From contig JAGQMY010000006.1 in NCBI GenBank assembly GCA_020428465.1, positions 1 to 62,957 of the forward strand: a stretch of 62,957 bases of DNA. Reading direction: 5' to 3'. This DNA is from Candidatus Saccharimonadota bacterium (GTDB lineage: Bacteria; Patescibacteriota; Saccharimonadia; Saccharimonadales; SZUA-47). The position numbers and the translations under genes are program-made. Of this stretch, positions 55,370-62,957 are shown one piece after another; within the stretch, counting starts at the first letter, position 1; each line of letters opens with the position of its first letter. The notes beneath the pieces are model-generated. The model saw nothing but the letters and a program-made list of their open reading frames with translations. It had not been told where the DNA came from and made no database searches.

Positions 55370-57931
55370 ATGAAATTACCAAAAACATACATTCCAAAAG
55401 ATTTTGAGTCTGATATTTACGATTTATGGGAAAAAAGTGGAGCATTTACGCCAAAGGGTAAGGGTGAACCATTTACTGTAGTGATGCCACCGCCTAACGC
55501 CAATGCTTCACTGCACATTGGTCATATACTTTTTTTTAGTATTCAGGATACAGTAATTCGTTACCAGAGAATGAAGGGTAGGGATGCACTATGGTTACCG
55601 GGTGCTGATCACGCCGGATTCGAGACGCAAGTAGTTTATGAAAAACATCTAGCCAAAGAAGGTAAAAGTCGGTTCGATTACAGTAGGGAAGAGCTATATA
55701 ACCAAATCTATGACTTTGTCGGCCAAAACCGCCAAAATTTTAATGATATTTTTAGAAAATTAGGTGCCAGTTGTGACTGGAGTAGATTTACTTTTACGCT
55801 TGATGAAAAAGTTGTAACCACAGCCTACCAAACGTTTAAAAAGCTATGGGATGACGGCTTAATTTACAGAGGTGAGAGACTTGTTAATTACTGCACGCAT
55901 CACCGAACTGGTTTCGCCGATATTGAAGTCCAGTACGAAGACCAGACGTCTCCACTTTATTACCTCAAATACGGCCCATTTACCCTCGCCACCACCCGAC
56001 CCGAAACAAAATTTGGGGATACAGCAGTAGCAGTTCATCCTGACGATGATAGGTACAAAGAATTTGTAAACAAAGTTATTACCGTAGAAGGGGTTAATGG
56101 GCCATTCGAAATTAGAGTTATAGCTGATGAAATGGTTGACAGAAAATTCGGAACTGGTGTGGTTAAAATCACCCCTGCCCACGACTTCAACGATTGGGAA
56201 GTCGCCCAGCGACATAACCTAGAAGCAGTTAGAGTAATTAATCACGACGGTACCATGAACCACAGAGCAGGGCGCTTTGAAGGCATGCCTGTAGCAGAAG
56301 CCCGAAAGGCTATCGTTGAAGCCATGAAAGAAAAAGGCTTACTCGAGAAGGTCGACGAAAAATACCAGAACCGGGTAGGGAAGTGCTACAAATGCGGTAC
56401 TACAATTGAGCCGATGCTAATGGACCAATGGTTCATAGATATGCGCAAAATTGCCGAACCTGCTATAAAAGCTCTGAGGGATAAGAAAATTAAATTCTAC
56501 CCTGAAGCCAAGCGAAACCAGACTATAGAGTATTTAAAAAACGTTAAAGACTGGAATATTAGCCGGCAGATTGCCTGGGGCATCCCTATTCCTGCTTTTC
56601 AGAATATTGATGATAAAGATGATTGGATTTTTGACGAACGCGTTGATCAAGAAATAATTGAGATTGATGGCAAAACCTATAGTCGTGACCCTGATGTTTT
56701 TGATACCTGGTTCTCAAGTGGACAATGGCCTTATATCACTACAAATTACCCTGAAACAGAAGATTTCAAGCGATATTATCCAACCAGCTTGATGGAAACA
56801 GGTGTGGACATTCTATATCAATGGGTCGCTCGCATGATTTGTCTCGGTCTATATGTAACTGGAGATATTCCGTTCAAAGAAGTGTACTTACATGGAATGG
56901 TCCGCGCTGAAGATGGACGAAAGATGAGTAAAAGTCTAGGAAATGTTGTCGATCCACAACCTTTAATCGAAGAATTTGGTACTGATGCCGTGCGCATGGG
57001 TATGATGGCAGGCAGAAGCCCGGCTGATAGTGCAGCATTCTCTCCAGGAAAGATCTTAGCTGCCCGAAATTTCTGTAATAAGCTATGGAATATTGCCCGT
57101 TTCACAGAAGTTATCCTAGAGGGTAAGCAAGTTGATTTAGGCAAAGTCAAAGCAGTAACACCAGCTGATAATTGGGTGTTGAGCAAATTACAACATGCAA
57201 TTGAATCTATTTCTAACCATCTAGACAATTACCGTATGAATGATGCCTATGAAGCCTTATACCATTTCGTTTGGGACGACTTTGCCGATTGGTACATAGA
57301 AGCAAGCAAGAAGGAGCTTAACCCGGATTTATTAGTACACTGCCTTGAGTCAGTTCTTAAATTAGCACATCCTTTCGCTCCTTTTGTAAGCGAGACAATC
57401 TGGCAGACTCTCGAAATATCAAATGAGTCTATGTTAATAAGTCAAAATTGGCCCGAAGCAATTTCATTTGATCAGAAAATGGTAGATGAATTCGAGGAAA
57501 TCAGAAACATTGTCACCGAAACCAGAACAATCATGTCGGCAATGCAATTAGAAAAAAGTACCCTATACCACACTGGTGTCGAGTTCCTAACTCAACACTC
57601 TGATCTAATAAGTCAGCTTGCTCATATAGAAGGAGTACATGAAGTCGAAGACGGGAAGGGGCTTCACCTAACCACTACGAGTCATCGTTGCTGGCTAGAC
57701 GTAGATCGCGAGCGAGCTGCGAAATATACACAAAAGCTAACAAACACACGAGACGAAGCACAAAAGCGCTTAGAGAGCCTAAAAAAGCGTTTAGAGAATA
57801 AGAATTATGTTAAGCAAGCCCCCAAAGCGCTGGTTGATGAGACAAAACAACAATTAGCCGATACAGAACAGATGATAACGAACATAAGTAATGAAATCGA
57901 AAGAATTTCAGCAGCTGAGAACTTAGGCTAG
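55370..57931 (+). CDS. valS: valine--tRNA ligase
   Basis: HIGH (PNANASLHIGH), KMSKS, and a C-terminal coiled coil. Confidence 0.97.
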   Translation: MKLPKTYIPKDFESDIYDLWEKSGAFTPKGKGEPFTVVMPPPNANASLHIGHILFFSIQDTVIRYQRMKGRDALWLPGADHAGFETQVVYEKHLAKEGKSRFDYSREELYNQIYDFVGQNRQNFNDIFRKLGASCDWSRFTFTLDEKVVTTAYQTFKKLWDDGLIYRGERLVNYCTHHRTGFADIEVQYEDQTSPLYYLKYGPFTLATTRPETKFGDTAVAVHPDDDRYKEFVNKVITVEGVNGPFEIRVIADEMVDRKFGTGVVKITPAHDFNDWEVAQRHNLEAVRVINHDGTMNHRAGRFEGMPVAEARKAIVEAMKEKGLLEKVDEKYQNRVGKCYKCGTTIEPMLMDQWFIDMRKIAEPAIKALRDKKIKFYPEAKRNQTIEYLKNVKDWNISRQIAWGIPIPAFQNIDDKDDWIFDERVDQEIIEIDGKTYSRDPDVFDTWFSSGQWPYITTNYPETEDFKRYYPTSLMETGVDILYQWVARMICLGLYVTGDIPFKEVYLHGMVRAEDGRKMSKSLGNVVDPQPLIEEFGTDAVRMGMMAGRSPADSAAFSPGKILAARNFCNKLWNIARFTEVILEGKQVDLGKVKAVTPADNWVLSKLQHAIESISNHLDNYRMNDAYEALYHFVWDDFADWYIEASKKELNPDLLVHCLESVLKLAHPFAPFVSETIWQTLEISNESMLISQNWPEAISFDQKMVDEFEEIRNIVTETRTIMSAMQLEKSTLYHTGVEFLTQHSDLISQLAHIEGVHEVEDGKGLHLTTTSHRCWLDVDRERAAKYTQKLTNTRDEAQKRLESLKKRLENKNYVKQAPKALVDETKQQLADTEQMITNISNEIERISAAENLG

Positions 57932-58785
57932 AATTCTAAAGCACTTTTAATTCTTCTAACTGATTCTTCAGGTCGTAAATCGTCAAACCACATAACTTTC
58001 CATCCGAACTGTTCTGCTGCCATCAAATTGGTCCTACTATCGTCTATAAACAATATTTCGTCGCCCGGAACACCCGCTTTACTACTGGCAATAGAGTATA
58101 TCTGTGGCTCGGGCTTTATATAGCCTACCTCAGAAGAATCAATGATAACGTCGTAAGAGATTCTCGGGAGGAGACCTCTGTCAATCATTTGTTTAATGTA
58201 ACCCGGCATAATATTTGATAGTAAACCAACTTTGTAGTTTTTCGACAGCCAGCTCATCAGCTCAATCATCTCCGTAATAGGCTCGACGGAGTCCATGTAA
58301 TAAGAAGTCCAGTCAATAGAATCTACCCTAAGTTGACGGGCAAAACTCTCATTAAACGCCTCTAGTGACATCTCTCCTTTACAAACTGCGTCGTTGTAGT
58401 GCCAAAAAGCAGTTTCTACCAATTCTGCAGAGACTCCCTTGTCCATTGAAATTCTGGAAAATGCCGAGTGAAAAAAGTGCACTAGACAGCCATTGATATC
58501 TACATACACAAATGATATGCCTGAGCGACTGCGCTTTTTTATCATTGGCTGAGTTGAAATATCCGAGCCATCTAACAGAGAATCAAGCGGTACGCCCAAG
58601 GAGGATGCAATTCGCGCAACGGTGAATACCGAAGGCGTCTTTATCGCTCCACGCTCGATTTTTGTTAGGGTTGAATATGATAAACCAGCAACATTACACA
58701 ACTCTTGTTGCGTCATCCCAAAGGCCTGCCTAGCTCGCTGAATAGCCTTGCCTAGAGCCTTTTCCGAAGCCTCACTCCCACTCAT
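57928..58785 (-). CDS. XRE-family HTH domain fused to a HAD-like hydrolase domain
   Basis: The N-terminus IQRARQAFGMTQQELCNVAGLSYSTLTKIERG is HTH_3-like. The C-terminus ILFIDDSRTNLMAAEQFGW is HAD motif IV-like. Confidence 0.65.
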   Translation of the reverse strand: MSGSEASEKALGKAIQRARQAFGMTQQELCNVAGLSYSTLTKIERGAIKTPSVFTVARIASSLGVPLDSLLDGSDISTQPMIKKRSRSGISFVYVDINGCLVHFFHSAFSRISMDKGVSAELVETAFWHYNDAVCKGEMSLEAFNESFARQLRVDSIDWTSYYMDSVEPITEMIELMSWLSKNYKVGLLSNIMPGYIKQMIDRGLLPRISYDVIIDSSEVGYIKPEPQIYSIASSKAGVPGDEILFIDDSRTNLMAAEQFGWKVMWFDDLRPEESVRRIKSALEF

Positions 58786-58847
58786 ATAGGCCTAATAGTA
58801 CCAGTTTTCCTGTTCTATTTCTAGTAAATTAGTATTAAACGGCTAGC

Positions 58848-59018
58848 TTATCCAACGAGGGAAAGTACGCTTAGCATTATTAAGAATATTAATACTCCAG
58901 CTACTGCTGCTGCGGCAAAACTTGAGCCACTGTTACCGCCGGTTTTTTTGTAAAACATACTACCAATCCATACAGCTGCACCAACGGAAAGGATTAATGC
59001 AATTAAGACATTGCTCAT
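58848..59018 (-). CDS. small two-TM hypothetical protein (56 aa)
   Basis: Not in the ORF track because it is under 60 aa. ATGA overlap with the stop of the TM2 gene. Two hydrophobic helices. Confidence 0.35.
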   Translation of the reverse strand: MSNVLIALILSVGAAVWIGSMFYKKTGGNSGSSFAAAAVAGVLIFLIMLSVLSLVG

Positions 59019-59218
59019 TTAGCATTTCTTTCTAGCTCGCCGAGTTCTTTGGTCCACATAAGTGCATCAATAATCCACCATACACCAACGCCTCCGACTG
59101 TTAGTAGCTTCAATACACCTAACCCAGTCTCACCTTTATAGAATCTGTCAGCACCGAAATAGCCGAAAGACCAGCTAATGATTGTCCCAACTAATGTATA
59201 ACGCCATTCATTTTTCAT
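59015..59218 (-). CDS. TM2-domain membrane protein
   Basis: FGADRFYKGETGLGVLKLLTVGGVGVWWIIDA is the TM2 domain pattern. Confidence 0.75.
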   Translation of the reverse strand: MKNEWRYTLVGTIISWSFGYFGADRFYKGETGLGVLKLLTVGGVGVWWIIDALMWTKELGELERNAK

Positions 59219-59264
59219 AAGTATTCCTTTTTGTTACTAGTTATATATTATCACTATAGAAAAA

Positions 59265-59318
59265 TCCTCCATAGCTCCGTAAATACGGAGCGACAGAGGA
59301 TGGCGGAGAGGGGGAGAT
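59265..59318 (-). repeat. displaced tRNA-Ser(CGA) 3'-end copy (18 nt) with its conserved terminator hairpin
   Basis: 59301-59318 (tggcggagagggggagat) is identical to 59454-59471. The hairpin at 59265-59300 is the reverse complement of 60001-60035 with 2 substitutions and 1 indel. Confidence 0.8.
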
Positions 59319-59453
59319 GAGAAGGACCTAAATAATCTGTGCGCCGAGCATGTTAACCCGGGCAACAGACTATTTAGCGAACTCGCCTCGAGAATTCGAA
59401 TCTCTTCTCCAAAAGAAGAAAACGACCAGGATAAAACCTGGTCGCCCTTCTCC
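59319..59453 (-). repeat. 135-bp insert between tRNA-Ser(CGA) and its displaced 3'-end copy; carries its own terminator and an inverted degenerate tRNA-Ser copy
   Basis: Terminator CGACCAGG-UUUUAU-CCUGGUCG plus a U-tract (59411-59444). Then GGAGAAGAGATTCGAATTCTC...GCGCAC...GGTCCTTCTC mirrors the tRNA in reverse orientation. Confidence 0.65.
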
Positions 59454-59544
59454 TGGCGGAGAGGGGGAGATTCGAACTCCCGATAGAGTTGCCCCTATAC
59501 TGCATTTCGAGTGCAGCGCACTAGACCAACTATGCGACCTCTCC
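59454..59544 (-). tRNA. tRNA-Ser(CGA), CCA encoded
   Basis: Manual fold: acceptor GGAGAGG, anticodon stem CTGCA/TGCAG, loop CUCGAAA, long variable arm, T arm GGGAG-TTCGAAT-CTCCC. Confidence 0.9.
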
Positions 59545-59610
59545 AAGCTCTGGTAATTATACTATAATCATGCTAATATTACCCCTGTTTGAGTAAGATG
59601 TAGCTTCCCC

Positions 59611-59725
59611 AAAATCGAGAAAGGATTCTCGATTTTGAAGAAACGGCGACTTCCTAGGATCGTCATGAGTTTTAGGGAACTTGTTTTGCTAAAACTTCGG
59701 CGATCCTAGGTTTACGCGCCGTTTC
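59611..59725 (+). repeat. two strong hairpins abutting the tRNA-Arg 5' end
   Basis: 59611-59636 is a 10-bp perfect stem. 59640-59725 is a three-segment stem (9+10+8 bp: gaaacggcg/cgccgtttc, cctaggatcg/cgatcctagg, agttttag/ctaaaact) with an apical AACTTGTT motif. Confidence 0.7.
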
Positions 59726-59802
<77 letters not shown>

Positions 59803-60194
59803 ATAAAAATGACTCAAGTTATCTTGGGTCTTTTTTATTGGACCATCCAGTATCTTTGAACGTACGACCGTAGGCGAGAAAGCTCGGGGAGCTTTCGAGT
59901 TTTCCTTGCTTGGCCACCCGAGATGCTTTAGCTCTCGAGGGTGCGAAAAATAATAAGTTTCTCGTTCAATCCGCCAGATGTCGGAGTATCGGGTGTACCG
60001 TCCTCCGTCGCTCCGTGTTTACGGAGCATGGAGGATTTTACGTTCTATACAGTTTTCACGCTATCGAGCTTCAGCTGAAGGGAGTACATGAGAATGTCCG
60101 GTGGACATTCGCAAGGAAACCTTCTTCTGGCAACTTGTTGCCAAGAACGAAGTTTCGGGCCCGCGCTTGCGTGGGCAAATCGTATCGGGTGTAC
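59803..60194 (+). repeat. nested tRNA-3'-flank insertions at tRNA-Arg
   Basis: 3'-end copies at 59986-59999 (14 nt) and 60176-60194 (19 nt). Inverted tRNA pieces at 59855-59869 (15 nt, T arm) and 59938-59948 (5' end plus flank). Displaced terminator hairpin at 60001-60035 plus TTTT. 68-nt core at 60092-60159. Confidence 0.75.
59811..59836 (+). terminator. intrinsic terminator after tRNA-Arg
   Basis: GACTCAAG-TTAT-CTTGGGTC followed by TTTTTT. Confidence 0.75.
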
Positions 60195-60261
60195 TACCAT
60201 CTTTCGTAACATTCTATGTGGAGTAATAGGGGTTTTTAGATTGTTTTGATACTCTTTATTC

Positions 60262-60654
60262 ATGAGTCACCCAATAAAACATTACTCTCATCTATTTTAT
60301 AAAGAGTTAGCATTGTCTTTATTGGCACTTTTAAGTATAGCCCTCGTAATTATTGAATACCTCCTAAATGTAAGTGAACCAATTAGGGCAAGTATTATTC
60401 GTTTTGATATCCTAGTAGCTATTATATTTTTGATAGATTTCACTTGGTACTTCTCGAAGAGTAAGAGAAAGCTAAAATATATTAAATCTAACTGGTTTTT
60501 ACTACTAGCTTCTATTCCAATTGTAGATAGTTGGGCTGAACTTTTGAGGGGTCTTAGGTTATTCGAGTTAGTCAGACTGGTTCGTGCGGGAGAGCATTTA
60601 AACTATGTAATTAACGGGCAGGGAGGTAAGAATGCTAATACACGTAGGCTCTAA
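60262..60654 (+). CDS. stand-alone voltage-sensor-domain-like membrane protein (ion-transport family S1-S4 without a pore)
   Basis: Four hydrophobic segments. The last one, LLRGLRLFELVRLVRAG, has Arg at every third position like an S4 helix. 130 aa. Confidence 0.5.
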   Translation: MSHPIKHYSHLFYKELALSLLALLSIALVIIEYLLNVSEPIRASIIRFDILVAIIFLIDFTWYFSKSKRKLKYIKSNWFLLLASIPIVDSWAELLRGLRLFELVRLVRAGEHLNYVINGQGGKNANTRRL

Positions 60655-61162
60655 AAATCCGACAAAAATCAATGGAGTTAAAAATGTACTTGCTAAAAGT
60701 GAGGAGTATAAAGATGCTGAAATAGTCGGTATTGATGCGAAGGTCGAAGAGTTTGGGCACCCAAAAACTCTCGAGGAGACAATTGCGGGTGCGAAGGAGC
60801 GAGCTAAAAATGTTTTTAACGGTGCCGAGCTAAGCTTTGGCATTGAGAGTGGACTTTTCCCGGTAGAATCTGCGAAAAGTGGATATTTAGAAACGACTGT
60901 TTGTGCAATCTACGACGGGAAACAATTTCATCTAGGTATCGCACCCGCTTTTGAATGGCCGAAGGGGATGACCGAGCTAATCTTAGCCGGGCAAGACGGA
61001 AGCCAAGCTTTCAAGGCCATGGGACTAACTTCACATGAAAAAATCGGCACTGCGAAAGGCGCAATTTTCGAGCTAACACATGGTAAAATCGACCGTACAA
61101 AACTTAATGAGCTGGCCGTTATGATGGCTCTAATACACCTCGAGAACCCTGATTTATATTAG
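60632..61162 (+). CDS. inosine/xanthosine triphosphatase (YjjX/DUF84 family NTPase)
   Basis: HVGSKNPTKINGV..GIESGLF.. pattern. Strong GGGAGG SD. Confidence 0.7.
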   Translation: MLIHVGSKNPTKINGVKNVLAKSEEYKDAEIVGIDAKVEEFGHPKTLEETIAGAKERAKNVFNGAELSFGIESGLFPVESAKSGYLETTVCAIYDGKQFHLGIAPAFEWPKGMTELILAGQDGSQAFKAMGLTSHEKIGTAKGAIFELTHGKIDRTKLNELAVMMALIHLENPDLY

Positions 61163-61165
61163 TTT

Positions 61166-62116
61166 TTAAAACATTTTCTTAAGATAGTATTTTGTAACTC
61201 GTACAGTATACTCCCAGAGATCGTTTTGGTGTTTTTCTTTTTCTTTTACGAATCCCTGCTTATTTAGGTATCGCTTGATCAAGAAAAAACAGACAAGGTA
61301 CACAAATACCTCAATAATCATTACTATCCCCATACGCTCAATAACCTCGTTTTTTATAGGGACCACACTTAGTGCGCCGGCAAGTCCGGCTTTCGGGTAA
61401 ATTGAAATTCTGTTGGCCAAAAAACTCCAGAAAATATAAGAGGTAGTAAATGATATAGGCAATGAGATTATTGAATAGTAGAACATTCGTTTAATCCAAA
61501 AAAGAAGGTCGTTGCGCGATGGATGAAAGTACCACAGCGACATAGCCAACAACACAAATAAAAGTGGCGCAACCAATGTAGCCCACCAGAAGTATCTATA
61601 AAGTCTTTGCAGGAAGAGCTTTATAGACGAATGAGCTGGGTCGTATTCAACGACAAAATGACCGTCTTTCAGAAATGCTGTATCTATTTTTGGGTTGATA
61701 CTCTTAATTTTTTCTTCCTGCTTTGTGGCTAGATAGCTAAATCTGAAAGCACTACTTCCACTACTAATCCACTCGTGAAAATCTACTGAGAACTGGCTAT
61801 TGATGTCAGCTTTTATGGATGGTGTGAAGGTTTCGTCTACTGCTTGATTAATGTCTCCCTCTGATAGAACACCTTCGCTTATTTTTATGTTATTTGTCCT
61901 GATTGCCATATTGTTTATTAGGTTTTTTTCGAGTCCGCTTCGCTTAATAACGCCTGATACAGCACCAGGGGATGAAACAGTACTCCAAAATAAAATCGCC
62001 AAAAATGATAAGCTCAAAAATACCCCAAGATAAGACACAATGTAAGCGGAAATAAGCCGTTTTAATCGGGCAAATGAAAAAATGCTTTTAAATTTAGCTT
62101 TGAACCATGCAAGCAT
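61166..62116 (-). CDS. hypothetical integral membrane protein
   Basis: 316-aa ORF: N-terminal TM, extracytoplasmic segment, then about four C-terminal TM helices. Confidence 0.5.
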   Translation of the reverse strand: MLAWFKAKFKSIFSFARLKRLISAYIVSYLGVFLSLSFLAILFWSTVSSPGAVSGVIKRSGLEKNLINNMAIRTNNIKISEGVLSEGDINQAVDETFTPSIKADINSQFSVDFHEWISSGSSAFRFSYLATKQEEKIKSINPKIDTAFLKDGHFVVEYDPAHSSIKLFLQRLYRYFWWATLVAPLLFVLLAMSLWYFHPSRNDLLFWIKRMFYYSIISLPISFTTSYIFWSFLANRISIYPKAGLAGALSVVPIKNEVIERMGIVMIIEVFVYLVCFFLIKRYLNKQGFVKEKEKHQNDLWEYTVRVTKYYLKKMF

Positions 62117-62121
62117 CAGTC

Positions 62122-62634
62122 TTAGAAACGAATCCTCTTCGTGAATCTATCTATCAAATCAAGATTTCTTGATTCAAATGGCAAATATTGCTCTAGCTTG
62201 GATTGAATTTGTTCTTCATCCTCAGGAGGGAAGTACATAACAATTGTTGGTGATATCCGATTAAGCCGTTTTAGCCATATACTATCTAACGCTCCTTCTT
62301 CGACTACCGAAAAAGACCTAAATTCTGAGTAAGGGAAAAATTGATTGTCGATTTTGACTCCCGATTCATCAAGTTCATAATTTTTCTCTGATGGCTTTTT
62401 CTTAGCATATGAGCTCATTGCGAACGCCGATGCTACTATGACAATAACAGCGAGCTTGTCGTGCGATATCAGAAAAACAGCCACAGCTAAAACCGCTGCA
62501 GCGCCAAATAAAATCCCATGCCATCCCATAGATTTTTCATGAACTATATACTCTGATGCTGTCCAGGAAATAGTCTGTTTGTCGACTTCAGGTTGAGCAA
62601 TCTGATTTGTTTGCTGACTTGAAGTTTCTTCCAT
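62122..62634 (-). CDS. hypothetical membrane protein
   Basis: Two central TM helices. The ORF-track start at 62682 is TTG; the first ATG is at 62634. Confidence 0.45.
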   Translation of the reverse strand: MEETSSQQTNQIAQPEVDKQTISWTASEYIVHEKSMGWHGILFGAAAVLAVAVFLISHDKLAVIVIVASAFAMSSYAKKKPSEKNYELDESGVKIDNQFFPYSEFRSFSVVEEGALDSIWLKRLNRISPTIVMYFPPEDEEQIQSKLEQYLPFESRNLDLIDRFTKRIRF

Positions 62635-62718
62635 AAGCAATATTGTAGCATGTATTACTGTGTTGGTAAGTTTATGGTTCAAACTAAAACAACCGTGGCA
62701 AGCACGGTCATTTTAGTC

Positions 62719-62957
62719 TGGCTCAAGAGAGAGGTGAAAAAGTCCAGTGGACTTTTGCAAGACCGGAAACGCTGCGCAAATTATTGCTAGAGCTGAGGTG
62801 GGGTCGCGGAATTTGGCTTTAGCCAAATATCTGTGACTTCGTTCGAATCCCGTCCCGTGATCACGAAAAAACGTCTTTGAAAACAAGTTTTCAAGAGTTT
62901 GTTTCCTTGCAAAATGCCACAAGCATTTATCACCCACGCAAAGCACTCAATGTGCTT
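62719..62957. repeat. further copy or copies of the tRNA-flank element family, running off the window end
   Basis: 62874-62930 (tctttgaaaacaagttttcaagag + tttgtttccttgc + aaatgccacaagcattt) parallels the core at 39351-39408. An inverted partial arm lies at 62737-62769. A T-arm-like gttcgaatcc lies at 62841-62850. Confidence 0.55.

Noticed and set aside
59350-59556. 68-aa ORF from the track
   Set aside because: It runs antisense through tRNA-Ser(CGA) and its flank insert.
59910-60263. Two overlapping ORFs from the track (99 aa on plus, 72 aa on minus)
   Set aside because: Both lie entirely within the tRNA-Arg flank repeats. They are made of hairpin modules and tRNA-end copies, have no SD, and share the same DNA on opposite strands.
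62835-62866. T-arm-like gacttcgttcgaatcccgtcccgtgatca as the 3' end of a tRNA or tmRNA
   Set aside because: No complementary 5' acceptor strand, D arm or 7-nt anticodon loop lies upstream. The atttggc-ttta-gccaaat hairpin has a 4-nt loop, and there is no CCA or tag-ORF context.
62713-62946. 77-aa ORF from the track
   Set aside because: It is composed of the flank-element modules. See the finding at 62719-62957.

Overview
AT-rich (about 40% GC by eye), very gene-dense segment with genes on both strands. It uses the standard code: TGA serves as a stop and Trp is TGG. The content is small housekeeping genes (rpsO, truB, rpsT, holA, mutM, polA, dnaG-rpoD, argS, groES-groEL, murE, tsaD, valS), many HAD/NUDIX/phosphatase housecleaning enzymes, a sortase with an LPXTG-type substrate, and almost no biosynthesis beyond argG/argH. 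This fits a reduced-genome Patescibacteria/CPR bacterium, plausibly Saccharibacteria; that placement is inference only. I see four tRNAs (Ser-UGA, Ser-GGA, Ser-CGA, Arg-GCG), no rRNA, no CRISPR, and no recognisable integrase or transposase ORF. The main observations are as follows. (1) The leader of argH-argG-argS has a complete four-segment attenuator geometry: a short ORF with three Arg codons, mutually exclusive antiterminator and terminator helices, and a promoter placed for a leaderless transcript. (2) A family of small structured insertions sits exactly at tRNA 3' ends. Each repeats the 3' end of its own tRNA, several carry an inverted degenerate copy of that tRNA, and they share a 68-nt two-hairpin core with compensatory stem changes. 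(3) A second small repeat family duplicates the last 14 codons of a yjbR-like gene in frame. (4) A six-gene accessory locus of unknown function combines three hypotheticals (one RyR-like) with a divergent TrmB-like regulator, a HerA/FtsK-type ATPase and a Cys-rich protein. (5) Several housekeeping proteins have visibly altered cofactor or catalytic motifs: DnaG lacks all four Zn ligands, a photolyase-related protein has no cysteine, and PolA motif C reads HDS. (6) A CDP-alcohol phosphatidyltransferase, PHP phosphoesterase and CarS-like gene form a tight cluster. All family assignments come from motif recognition by eye on the supplied translations. No database search, alignment program or folding program was run.
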